Source: Podarcis tiliguerta (Eukaryota). From it: a stretch of 64,000 nt of DNA. Shown here one piece after another: positions 24,976 through 36,487 of this stretch. Both the position numbers and the translations under genes were made by a program. The notes beneath the pieces are model-generated. The model had not been told where the DNA came from and did not search any database. It was given only the letters and a program-made list of their open reading frames with translations. Position 1 is the stretch's first letter; each line of letters starts with the position of its first letter. The stretch is taken from the NCBI GenBank assembly GCA_965153285.1, contig OZ229120.1. One strand, given 5' to 3'.

Positions 24976-25462
24976 TTCCTATGTTCTTAACAGGATGTGA
25001 GGGCGGCTCCAGATGTTACTTTGTGTGTCAATCAAGAGGAGAGCCTCCTGGGAACTGGACCATAATGAGAAGCAGGAGCTCACAGAAAATAATATGGATA
25101 AGGTATTTAAACTCAATCTGCACAAGATAACTAAAGTGAAAACATTAATGGGCGTGCATTGCAAAATCTTTGCTCATGTGTTCATGAGTTCACTATTGAC
25201 AGCTAATCTCAAAAACCACAGACAGTATTCAGTATTTCCCCATTACACCTTGGTGATGGACTCCTATTACTAGAGTAACACCATGGAATGCAGCCGTTCC
25301 CCATGATGCTAAAGATGGCCCTTGAAACAAAAGCACTCAAAAACAAATGGTCTAAGACCACAAGGGTAAGAGCATAATATAATCTTAAAGTAACATATGA
25401 CATTTTCAATGTATTTATTTAATACATTTATGTACCAGTTAATACCAGGACAGTCTCTAATG

Positions 25463-25833
25463 CAGGTGTCAGCAAACTTACTGCGCCTCGGGCCGGTGAC
25501 TCCAGCGCCGATCGCATGGCAGGCCGGAGGGCGGGGGAGCACGTGCCCATATGTGTGCGCACATGCTATTTCCAGTGTACGTCCGGGTCGGAGGAGTACT
25601 GGAAATAGCTTGTGCACATGTGCATGGGCCTCCTCTGACCCAGATGTGCACCGGAAATAACGCTTGCGCATGCACAAATAATGCTTGTGCATGCCCACAA
25701 GCTATTTCCGGTGCTCCTCTGACCTGGAATTGGGCAGCCAGGCAGCGCAGCGCTGGTAAGAGTGGGGGGCGGCAGCGGGGGGCGCCGCAGGATGGATAAA
25801 CGAGTCCCGCGGGCCTCAGTTTGGGGACCGCTG
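25463..25833. mobile_element. Non-autonomous hAT (Charlie-like) element
   Basis: CAGGTGTCAGCAAACT / AGTTTGGGGACCGCTG ends; perfect 8-bp TSD CTCTAATG (25455-25462 and 25834-25841). Confidence 0.88.
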
Positions 25834-25871
25834 CTCTAATGGTTTCCATAAATAGCATGTGTATTGGGTTC

Positions 25872-26075
25872 TATCCAACCAAATCATCCTATTCATGCAA
25901 GGACTTCTGCTTGGGCAATGGAACTGTCCCCCTCTCCTCATGTGCCCTATGTGTGCCTCCTCAACCGCTCTGGAGGACTTGGGGAACATCCAGTACACAC
26001 TTGGGGGGAGTGCAGGAGGAGAAGAGGAAGTTCCAGTCACAAGTCCTTGCATGAATGGGATGATTTGGTTGGGTA
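25872..26075. repeat. Fold-back element with 35-bp inverted arms
   Basis: 25872-25906 versus 26041-26075 pair at 33 of 35 positions. Confidence 0.85.
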
Positions 26076-26215
26076 CACACACGCACACGCACACACACAC
26101 AGAGCGAGCGAGCGAGAGAGAGAGAGAGATGGCCACTGAGCTTTAAAGTTCATACAGTAATCCCACAATTTATGTACATTTAACTTGTATGCATTCAGTG
26201 TTACATGCTTGGCGT

Positions 26216-26247
<32 letters not shown>
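26075..26247. repeat. Compound microsatellites (CA)n/(GAGC)n/(GA)n and a second (CA)n
   Basis: Directly visible at 26075-26129 and 26217-26246. Confidence 0.9.
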
Positions 26248-26250
<3 letters not shown>

Positions 26251-27932
26251 CTGTATATATGTATATGGAAAAGGGACAGGCATCCAGGAAAAATGGCAAC
26301 CCACCCACCATTGAACCCAATGTGTTTTGACTGTATGAGATTTTGGCTTTAGGCTCACTGTAGCTACATCTCTCTATCTTTTCTTCACCCAGTTGACAGT
26401 TTTGTGCTTTTCTGGTAAATTACATTAGAAAAAAACTACAACAATGCAAATTGTTGATGTATTGTGTGTTGCCGTTTTAATTCCTGAGCTTATTCTATTT
26501 TTTGACGCAGTGTGCCGTTGGCAACTAACGGAGTGCAAAGCAAGCACTGGCATTATAGAACGTGGTCTCCCCTCTTAACTTCCTGAACGGTACCATAGCT
26601 GGATCTTTAAATTGGTTTCTGTGGTCATCAACTACAAAGAGTAAAAGAAATTGCAGCGATCTCTTAGACTGCCTGGGTATTTTTAGATGCTTTGTGGGAT
26701 ATGTATCAATTACTTGATAGCATAGAGTTAGTAAAGAATGCACAAGATACATTTAGTATCCTTTGAGTGTATTTTAAGAGCATTTGGTCCAGACGTTTAA
26801 TATATAATTTACTGGATTGCAAGTTACATCATTATAATGCTACATGTTGGGAAAGCAACCAAACTAAAAGTCTTTGAAGTGTGAACTGGTATGAAGATAC
26901 ATTCTGGGCGGTGGAGGGGGGGGGGTGATTTCTTTTTCTTTCTTTTTTTAAACAGTCTTTGGAGAAGAAGAAAAGATTATTTGCTTCCTGCCAATATATC
27001 TGAACTTAGAAGGGGGAAAAATCATCTGTATTTTTTATCTCTGACATACTGCACACTAGTGACATTTATATGTCCAGGATCTTCCCAAGGACTTTCAAAA
27101 AAATGGGCCAAATTGTTGTCCTTCAAAAGAAAAACAAAGAAAAGAAGCAGACACAGAAGTAAAAACTAAGCGTGATTGCCGCATATGAGAATGGAAAGAT
27201 GTTTTGCTTTATAAGGACTACTCAGACACTGATATTTTGATCCCAACCCCTAATCGGCCTAAGAGCTGATTAACTATGCAACATGGTAAACTTACGGCTC
27301 CAGTCTGAACGAGGTGTAATATCAAAGCAGAGCAGGTGAGGTGGTGTTCGGAGGACCCTGGAACCAGCCTCTGCACAAAACCTATTTTACCCCTTTCATA
27401 ACTTGCAGCATTGATCATCACACAATTCTCCCAGCTGATATAGGGAGTTTCCATGCCAGTGCTTCTCATTTCTGGTGTTGGCTACCATGGGAGCCAACCA
27501 AGTCCAAGAAGCAGCAAACTGTAGTGCAGTTGTAGAAGGACAGGTTTTGAGCTGGATAAGTAGCATTTGGGAAGCAGCAAATGAGTTAGGTGAGTTATGG
27601 CTTCATGGATTGTGGCTTAGTACTGACAATTTGTTGAGGGACGTGGGTGGCGCTGTGGTCTAAACCACAGAGCCTAGGGCTTGCCGATCAGAAGGTCGGC
27701 GGTTCGAATCCCCGCAATGGGGTGAGCTCCCGTTGCTCTGTCCCAGTTCCTGCCAACCTAGCAGTTCGAAAGCACGTCAAAGTGCAAGTAGATAAATAGG
27801 TATCGCTCTGGTGGGAAGGTAAACGGCATTTCCGTGTGCTGCTCTAGTTTGCCAGAAGCGGCTTAGTCATGCTGGCCACATGACCCGGAAGCTGTACGCC
27901 GGCTCCCTCGGCCAATAAAGCAAGATGAGCGC

Positions 27933-28774
27933 TGTTATGTACTGAGTTGAATAGGATCCAAACTGCAGCAGTCTGATTGGTCCTAGAACAATGCAGCAGT
28001 ATGATTGGTTGGCAGGAACCACCCAATCATGCTCCAGATATAAGTGAATCCACAACCTGATTGGCTTACAGTAGAATTCCAGAATTAGCCAATCATGTGC
28101 AGCCCATTGTGTAAATAATGTATATAAAGCAGATACTTTGAGGGGACTTTCATTCATTCCTCCTCACCACTATGAGCTGAATAAAGAGCATGAAATCACT
28201 TTGCGACTCTGAGTACAGTGGTGCCTCGCAAGATGAAATTAATTCGTTCCGCGAGTTCTTTCGTTGAGCGAGTTTTTTCGTCTTGCGAAGCACCACTGCA
28301 GTTAAACACTAACAACGGCGGGGAGGGGCGGGGAGAAGCAGGGCAGCTGCTGCAGCCGGTACCTCAGACTCACCTGCGCCTTGTGGCCACCACGCGATGC
28401 GGCTGCTGGAGGGCGGTGGGGCTCAGGAGCGTGACTCCGGCTGCAACACTGGCTGCTGGCGGCAGCGGCTCTCTGAGAGGAGTGCGCGAGGGTGGTGGGC
28501 AGCGGTGCGAGGCAGCCGGAAGGTCAGCCGTCAGCCGGAAGGTCGGAGGGAGCCGGAGGAGCCGTCAGCCGGAAGGTGGGAGGGAGCCGGAGGAGCGGGG
28601 AAGCGAGAGTGTGACCTTCGCCATGACAGGAGAGGCAGGGCTGTTTTGTCTAGCGAAGCAAGCCCTTAGGAAAATCCGTCTTGCGAAGCACCTCAGAAAA
28701 CGAAAAACACTTTCGTCTAGCGAGTTTTTCGTCTTCCGAGGCATTCGTCTTGCAGGGTACCACTGTATATTTCA
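27933..28774 (+). mobile_element. Solo LTR (about 290 bp without the nested MITE)
   Basis: TG...CA termini, perfect 5-bp TSD AGCGC, five CCAAT/ATTGG boxes, TATATAAA near 28121 and AATAAA at 28180. Confidence 0.88.
28216..28765. mobile_element. Tigger/pogo-like MITE, long form with GC-rich cargo
   Basis: TA-CAGTGGTGCCTCGCAAGA ... TCTTGCAGGGTACCACTG-TA. Arms are homologous to 13365-13608 but the centre differs. Confidence 0.9.
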
Positions 28775-28909
28775 AGCGCCACAACCCCAGAGTCGTCCGT
28801 GACTGGACCTAATCGTCATGGGTCCCTTTACCTTTACCTTTACAGGCAATTTGTAAAATGGGCAAAACTTCCAGTTGAGGGTGATAGCCCCATAAGCTGG
28901 CTGTAAATG

Positions 28910-29145
28910 CTCTTGTAAGGTGATTGGACAAATTCACAGGGGAGAAGGCTGTCAATGGCTACTAGCCACAGCTGGAGGCAACAATGCTTCTGAATACCAG
29001 GTTCTGGACACCACAGGAGGGGGAAATGTTCTGGCACTCAAGTCCTGCTTGATGGTTTCTCACAGGCTTCTTGGTGGCCCCTATGAGAACGGGATGCTGG
29101 ACTAGATGGGACATTGTCCTGAGCCAGCAGGACGTTCGTATTCTC
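28910..29145 (+). mobile_element. CR1 LINE 3' fragment
   Basis: Homologous to 17830-18148. Confidence 0.7.
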
Positions 29146-31355
29146 ACCTGCTGCTGACATCAACAGTAGGACTGACCGTGCATATAATTTTTGCATTAGT
29201 GACATATATTTCAAGAAGAAAAACATAAGAATCATGTGGGTGAGGGCAGAGGGTTCTTAAAGTATGTGTTGCCACATTGGCACATCAAATCACTTTGCAG
29301 CATGTTGCTTTACAAGATGCTGAAAGCACTGAGTGGTTGCATGTTTTTCAGATACAGAATCTGCTTGTGCTGGTCACCTAAAGTGACTGCTTATTTTTAA
29401 GCATTTTAACATTCAAATACATGCATATTCTAGGTATTTATGTTCCACTATGCCAGAGTCCTCATCCATTACTAATACATCCTTTATGCAGAGGAAAGCC
29501 TAACTAAGTACTGGCCTGGGTAACCAAGTGTTCCTGGAGTGAAGACATTTGAAAGACATTTTATGCAGTGGCACCATGCAGAGGGCATTAATATTGATTG
29601 TGATTTCCTCTTACTGTAACAATGAAAAAGCTTTACATGTAGAATTCTCAGTAAATCAACCATTCTTGGGAATTTAGATGCACAGTGTGATAAAGGCAAC
29701 AACTTTCAATACCTAGAGGCAATTTCCCTGTGCTTTGTACACTGGGATGTTTGAGAAATAAAGCTGTGAAATTTATATTTAGTACTATTTAAAATGCAAT
29801 CACTTAATTATGATATTGTTACTATCGAGTCCTTTTTACTAAATAGTAAGTCCTTTTGCAAAAATGAAATATAAAGCAGCAGAAATGATTAATAAACAGT
29901 TAATTAGCACACATTGTATGAAGTTTCATTTAGGATATAGCCATAATTGCTTGGAAAATCAATTGGCTGAAGCATTTATTACATAGTACAAGAACTTAGT
30001 ATTATTTTGCCTACGAGCATTGCATGTGCATGAATGGAAAGGCATATATTCCATGAAATTAATGTATTCAGCACTGTATATTAGAACCTCCCCTGGTGTA
30101 TTGTCATTTCAGAGGGTGTTTGGGCTACAGAAATTGAATATGTTTTGATACTGCTCATCATTTGCCTTTTTGTTTTAAAAACCCTCTCACTAATATGTTA
30201 GGTTGTTCATCAGGACTATATTACAGAATTACAATATTTTAATGTTCTGACTTTGATATTCTGTTAACCACTTCAGATGAGTGACTGTGGGACGCCCAAG
30301 TTATTAAATAAATAACTAAAGGATTTGACAAAGCTGGCACTACTTTCTTCAATGTGTGTCTTTCTTCAATGCAGTTTGAAGAAGCCAAATATGTGTCATT
30401 TTGCATCACAAAGAGAAGGCTGACCATGACTAATCCTCAGGCATTTGTCAAGCCTGGGTTTCCCATGGGAGATGATTTCCCCCCTCTTTTTCTATACTCC
30501 ATAGCCCTGGGAGCAAACTGGGACACTGGATGTCTTTTCACATGGATAACAACTTTACATGACATCTAAGTAAGCACACATTATATATTAATTGACAGCT
30601 TAGATCCCCACAACTCAAGAGAAGCTGACAAGTGTGTGAAGACGGAGTTAGGGTCAGATGACAAAATGTGAAATGTCACTGGGTGGGTCATGGGCTCATG
30701 GAACACCTAAGAAATAACTTGTGTGTGTGCATTTTTAAGTTTATCGTGATATTTCAGCTTTTTAAGTTTATCATGATATTTCAGCTTTGTAAGCATCTCA
30801 GACATTTCTTTATGAGGATCAAATACCATGTAAGTTTTCAGTACAGTCAACTAATTTTAGGAATGAATGTCTATGAGGGGGGAAATATCTGATAAATTCA
30901 AAAGGCTTGCTAGATGTGGGGAAATTACTTTTTTCTTTTTCTTTTGTTTTTTTTCCAATTTTGGAATTGCCAGTAACCAGATACTGAGCTGAATCTAGAC
31001 TTAGGCATCTGCCTTGGGGTAAGTATTACTGAATTCAGTAGACCTTACTTCTGAGTAGACATGCTTAGGATTGCACTGTTAAGTCATGACTAACAACTCA
31101 CATTGCTTTCAGGGGAGCACTTGGTCCACATCAATGTCCACGAACATGGCTACTGCACCTCCGGGAGAGTATAACATTATCTTCATTATGCTGTGCTCAC
31201 TGAGAAGAACGTTTTGTGGCAAGCATTCTGAGGTATGCATACAGGCATCAATCACAATTTTTTTCTGTTCACATAAATAGGCCTGATCCTTTCATGTTCA
31301 TGGCTAAGTATGTATCACATCATGTCCACAAATGGGGATGTGTAAGGTGAGATAA

Positions 31356-31720
31356 GAGGGACGTGGGTGGCACTGTGGGTAAAACCTCAGCACCTAGGAC
31401 TTGCCGATCACATGGTCGGCAGTTCGAATCCCTGCGGCGGGGTGCGCTCTTGTCGTTCGGTCCCAGCGCCTGCCAACCTAGCAGTTCGAAAGCACCCCCG
31501 GGTGCAAGTAGATAAATAGGGACCGCTTACCAGTGGGAAGGTAAGCGGCGTTCTGTGTGCTGCGCTGGCTCGCCAGATGCAGCTTGTCATGCTGGCCACG
31601 TGACCCGGAAGTGTCTGCGGACAGCGCTGGCTCCCAGCCTATAGAGTGAGATGAGCGCACATCCCTAGAGTCTGGCAAGACTGGCCTGTACGGGCAGGGG
31701 TACCTTTACCTTTACCTTTT
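31356..31720 (+). mobile_element. Sauria SINE, distinct subfamily
   Basis: A/B boxes, ACCTTT tail, perfect 13-bp TSD TAAGGTGAGATAA. Confidence 0.95.
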
Positions 31721-31833
31721 TAAGGTGAGATAAAGTTCAGACCCCCCAAGTGTCCTTAATTTCCAGGGACGTCCCTGATTTAGAGAAGCTGTCCCAGTTT
31801 CTGATTTGATCCCAGAATGCCCCACTTTTCCTT

Positions 31834-32200
31834 AAAGGTAAAGGTAAAAGACCCCTCACAGTTAAGTGCAGTCGCAAACGACTCTGGGGTTGTGGCACTC
31901 ATCTTGCTTTACTGGCCGAGGGAGCTGGCGTTTGTCTGTAGACAGTTTTTCTGGGTCATGTGGCCAGCATGACTAAGCTGCTTCTGGCAAAACCAGAACA
32001 GCGTACAGAAACGCCATTTACCTTCCCACTGGAGCGGTACCTATTTACCTACTTGCACTTTTTGGCATGCTTCCGAACTGCTGGGTTGGGCAGGAGCTGG
32101 GACCGATCAACGGGAGCTCACCCTGTCGTGGGGATTCGAACCGCCGACCTTCCAATTGGCAAGCCCTAGGCTCAGTGGTTTAGACCACAGTGCCTCCCAC
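31834..32200 (-). mobile_element. Sauria SINE
   Basis: AAAGGTAAAGGTAAA tail complement and GGATTCGAACC B-box complement. Confidence 0.92.
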
Positions 32201-32203
32201 ATT

Positions 32204-32994
32204 CTTGTTGTTGTTTAGTCGTTTAGTCGTGTCCAACTCTTTGTGACCCCATGGACCAGAGCACGCCAGGCACTCCTGTCTTCCACTGTCTCCTGCAGTT
32301 TGGTCAAACTCATGTTCGTAGCTTCGAGAACACTGTCCAACCATCTCGTCCTCTGTCATCCCCTTCTCCTTGTGCCCTCCATCTTTCCCAACATCAGGGT
32401 CTTTTCCAGGGAGTCTTCTCTTCTCATGAGGTGGCCGAAAAATTGGAGCCTCAGCTTCAGAATCTGTCCTTCCAGTGAGCACTCAGGGCTGATTTTCTTC
32501 AGAATGGAAAGGTTTGATCTTCTTGCATTCCATGGGCCTCTCAAGAGCCTCCTCCAGCACCATAATTCAAAAGCATCAGTTCTTCGGCGATCAGCCTTCT
32601 TTATGGTTCAGCTCTCACTTCCATACATCACTACTAGGGAAACCATGGCTTTAACTATACGGATCTTTGTTGGCAAGGTGATGTCTCTGCTTATTAAGAT
32701 GCTGTCTAGGTTTGTCATTGCTTTCCTCCCAAGAAGCAGGCGTCTCTTAATTTCATGGCTGCTGTCACCATCTGCAGTGATCATGGAGCCCAAGAAAGTA
32801 AAATTTCTCACTGCCTCCATTTCTTCCCCTTCTGTTTGCCAGGAGGTGATGGGCCCAGTGGCCATGATCTTCGTTTTTTTGATGTTGAACTTCAGACCAT
32901 ATTTTGGACTCTCCTCTTTCACCCTCATTAAAAGGTTCTTTAATTCCTCCTCACTTTCTGCCATCAAAGTTGTGTCATTTGCATATCTGAGGTT
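32204..32994 (-). mobile_element. BovB (RTE clade) LINE, 5'-truncated, RT C-terminal region
   Basis: Minus-strand peptides MAESEEELKNLLMRVKEESPKYGLKFNIKKTKIMA...VVMYGSES and PWNARRSNLSILKKISPECSLEGQILKLRLQFFGH are BovB-like. One in-frame stop; (CAA)n tail. Confidence 0.95.
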
Positions 32995-35900
32995 GTTTTT
33001 GTTTTTTTTAAGAACTTGCCTGCATTCTTAGGATGCCCCTATTTTCATTAGAGAAATGTTGGAGGGTATGGATTATCCGACCCTCGAGCTGTCTGAAGGC
33101 AATCCTGTATAGGGAAGGTTTTTTAAAATGTTAATGTTTTATTGTGTTCTTATAAATGTTGGAAGCTGCTCAGAGAGGCTGGGACAACCTAGTAAGATGT
33201 GTGGGGTATAAATAGTAAAATTATCATTATGGAAAGGGACGTCTCTATTTTCATCAGATAAATGCTGGAGGGTATGAAAGTTATTGTGGGGAAACTATGC
33301 CATTTCACAGAGACAGGGAATCTGTGGCACTCCAAACGTTGTCTGACTCCAGCTGACCTCTGAGGCAGCATGGGCAATTGTTAGGAATGTCTTGCCCCTA
33401 GCATATAAGATGAAGGAATAGTAGCAGTTCATTTATTTGTCAGAAGAGGAAGTAGCAGATTTGGTTGGACTGGGCTGCAGGATCTAGGACAACTCTGACA
33501 AATTCTACAGTCTCACATTTGCTCCTTTCTGTCCTAGTCTCTGGTGTTCTCCCCCCCACAAATCATGTTCAGCATGTTTCTCACCTGTTTGCTTGCTTTT
33601 AATGAGGCTGTATTCTTTTCTTTTATTCCTTTGCTATAAAACATAGCAGATTCTATAAACAGTAGTAGGCTGTTAAAAGAACGTGCTGCAGATAATTAAT
33701 TCAGTTATAAGACAGGAATTAATCAAGGCAAACAATACATGACTTGTCTGTTATTTAGTTTAGAGAAACTATTACTGTCATTAAACAACCGAAACATATC
33801 ACTTATATCGAGCTGTTTCCTTTGATGACTCTATCCAGACAAAAAGGTCTGATTGTGCAATTGTACAGAAAGATAAATATCAATTGCCAGGCAGTAAATA
33901 TGCCTTAGGCAGTGGGGTCAAGAGTTTGGGCAGAACTAATAAATAATTTCTAATTTCAGAAATCCTTGTTTGTAAATTGTCCAAAGGAGAACACTGAAGA
34001 ACATATAATGGCAAATAATTACCACTTAACATCCTTTAACCACCCTGTCATTATCACAATCAAGGTGGTTACACAGATATTAAAGGGTGGAGATTTTTTT
34101 ATCCTTTCCACGTATGCTTGTAGGTGAATGCGACTATACTTTCTGATAGTTCTGATAGTTTTCCACATGATTTACCATGGAGTATGAGGCCATGATTTTG
34201 TGTGCATGGTATAATTTGTGCAGATTAATCCTTCCTGATGATTTTCCTATTAGAAGCGGCAGTTTAACCCTGTTTAAATTTAAGGTTGCGGGGGAGGAAA
34301 AATGAGGAGAATGCAAGCTATTTTATTATGCTCACTAACTTCCAGCAAAATTATTGCTGCAAGCCCACAAAATGTGTTGTTCATAGTACATCCACTTGTT
34401 ATTTAAGGGTTCGTTCAAAAAGATAACAGAGAAATCCTTAATAGGGCCTATAACATATATAGGCTACACCAGTAAGATGAACAATGGCTGGTGTCATTTC
34501 TTGGTTTCTGTTATAAGTACCCTAAGGTAGTAGGGCACAAGCACAAATTTGCAATTTTTCTGTAGGGGAAAAATGGGACCTATAGACACTATCGTTTCTG
34601 TCTCCTTTGAAAGAAGCATTTAGTACTGCTTTTGATTGTAAACAATGTATATACATGAGCAGCATGCAGTTTTGTTCAGTTAATGCTACCTTTAGTATAC
34701 ATTTAACTGAAATATATCTCCTGTATTTAAATTATTGTATTTCTTTAAAAAAATATCAAAAGGAAGATCAATAGCTGCTATTTCTTTTAGCTAGAAAAAC
34801 CTACAGGTCCACTGAGTGAGATCTCTCTTTCTGTCAAAATGCTCTGACATAGGCATTACTTGTCTAAATTTCAGCCTATATTTTCCCCGAGAAAGCTGGT
34901 AATTTAGTTACTGCACAATGGCATTTGCTGGTTCGGAGCATATCATCTGTAAAACCCAGCTGACTCAAGAGTGGAATGATGGATTTTCCAGGATCTGAGA
35001 AAGTACAAGTTGTAAACACTGGGTAATAAAAATGCCTTCTGTGCTATTTCCCATTGGCCAGTTGTCAAGCTGTTCCCTACCCACATTTGCATCTTCCAAG
35101 ATCCATCCTTCCTTAAACCAGTGACTCTGTGATAGTGTATGCTCTGGTTTGGGTGCTTAACATACATTCACAGTTGTACAGATGAAGCAAAAGCGGGTTC
35201 AGTATTACTAGGGGAATGTCTGCTAAATGCTGTCACCCAATATAACATCTAAGTGCTTGATTTGAGCTCTATGGCCCCTGGGCTAGTAATAAAGCAAGCA
35301 TCGAATGGTTTAGTAGAGTTGCAAAAATTAAAGATATATTTTCCTGGTGAAACATTTAAGAGGAATCTTAAAACTTAAAACAATAAAGAAATCACATTAC
35401 TGACAATAATTTTTGTTGCCCTTTAAATCATATCCTCCCATCAAAATAACCTCCCAGGCAACACACATAAACCATGCAGGTGACTGCAAGTACAGAGTAT
35501 TGACTTCCCCATTTACGGTTTTCCCACTGGAAAAACTAGTGGAAGATTTGCATCGGTCTGAGGCCATGTTATTCCAACAGGTGAAAGTAAAAGAAAAGAA
35601 AAGGCCAAGAGCTTTCTATTTTCTAAATCCCATCTCTGTTCAGACTTGGTATCTTTAGGAAACTCCTTTCTTGTTGACTTGGCTAACAAGGGTGCTTTCA
35701 GACAAGAACTTTCTACTACCATTCTGGGTCCCTCCTCTGATGCACATTTGACATGTTAGCTTCCAAGCATTCCCATTGATTCAGTAACAATCTTCATTGC
35801 TGTTGCCACATTTGAATGGTGGCTTTTTGTCCCTTCCCTCAATCACTCCTTCACCACTCCCCCCTTGCCCTTTTCTATTCTGGGCCTGCTGTCTTGCAGG

Positions 35901-36487
35901 AAAGGTTGTCCACCATCACCTCTCATTAAGGAATGTCCAAGGACTGACGGGTCAAAACCTGCCACAGAATTGTGAGGGAGAGACATTCCAGTACTCACAG
36001 TCAATTCTTACTAGATCAGTTCTTTTACACCAGGCTACTTGAGGATCTTGTCTATGCTCATCAGTAGCATCACTGACTTTTTCAGGACTTAGAAATATCT
36101 AGACAGGCTTAATCCAGTTTGGCATAATAGGGGACTTGATAGATAGTGGAAATTAGCCAGAGTCTATCAGGTCCCTTTAATGCTGCCGAATAATCCTTCG
36201 GTAAAAGCTAGTAGGGTCATTTATTCTGAAGACTTCTTTTGGCTGGGTTTCATCCACCTATAGTTTGGACTGAACTTCCATTGAAGTCAGTCCAACAGAT
36301 TGAGCCAACAGATAAATACCAAGCCATTTATCTGTTGGCTCAATCCAACCTCTGGTGGATGATTTAGAAGGGCTGGGTCCGGCATCATTTTCGCTGCATG
36401 TGTGTACTAGCATCCATACTCAGCAGAGTTACATCTTAATGCAGCTCCTTCCTTGGAAACGTCTTCAGAGTTTAAGGTACACACAGT

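Larger units (their letters stand above)
27638..28841 (+). mobile_element. Sauria SINE split by a nested insertion (27638-27932 and 28775-28841)
   Basis: The two halves rejoin at GATG-AGCGC-CACAACCCCAGAGTC, as in the intact copy at 20343. Confidence 0.93.

Noticed and set aside
28218-28802. 194-aa ORF as a transposase or new gene
   Set aside because: GTG start inside the TIR, low-complexity G/R/A/E content and no HTH or DDE motifs.
32243-33031. 262-aa plus-strand ORF
   Set aside because: Antisense frame of the BovB reverse transcriptase fragment.
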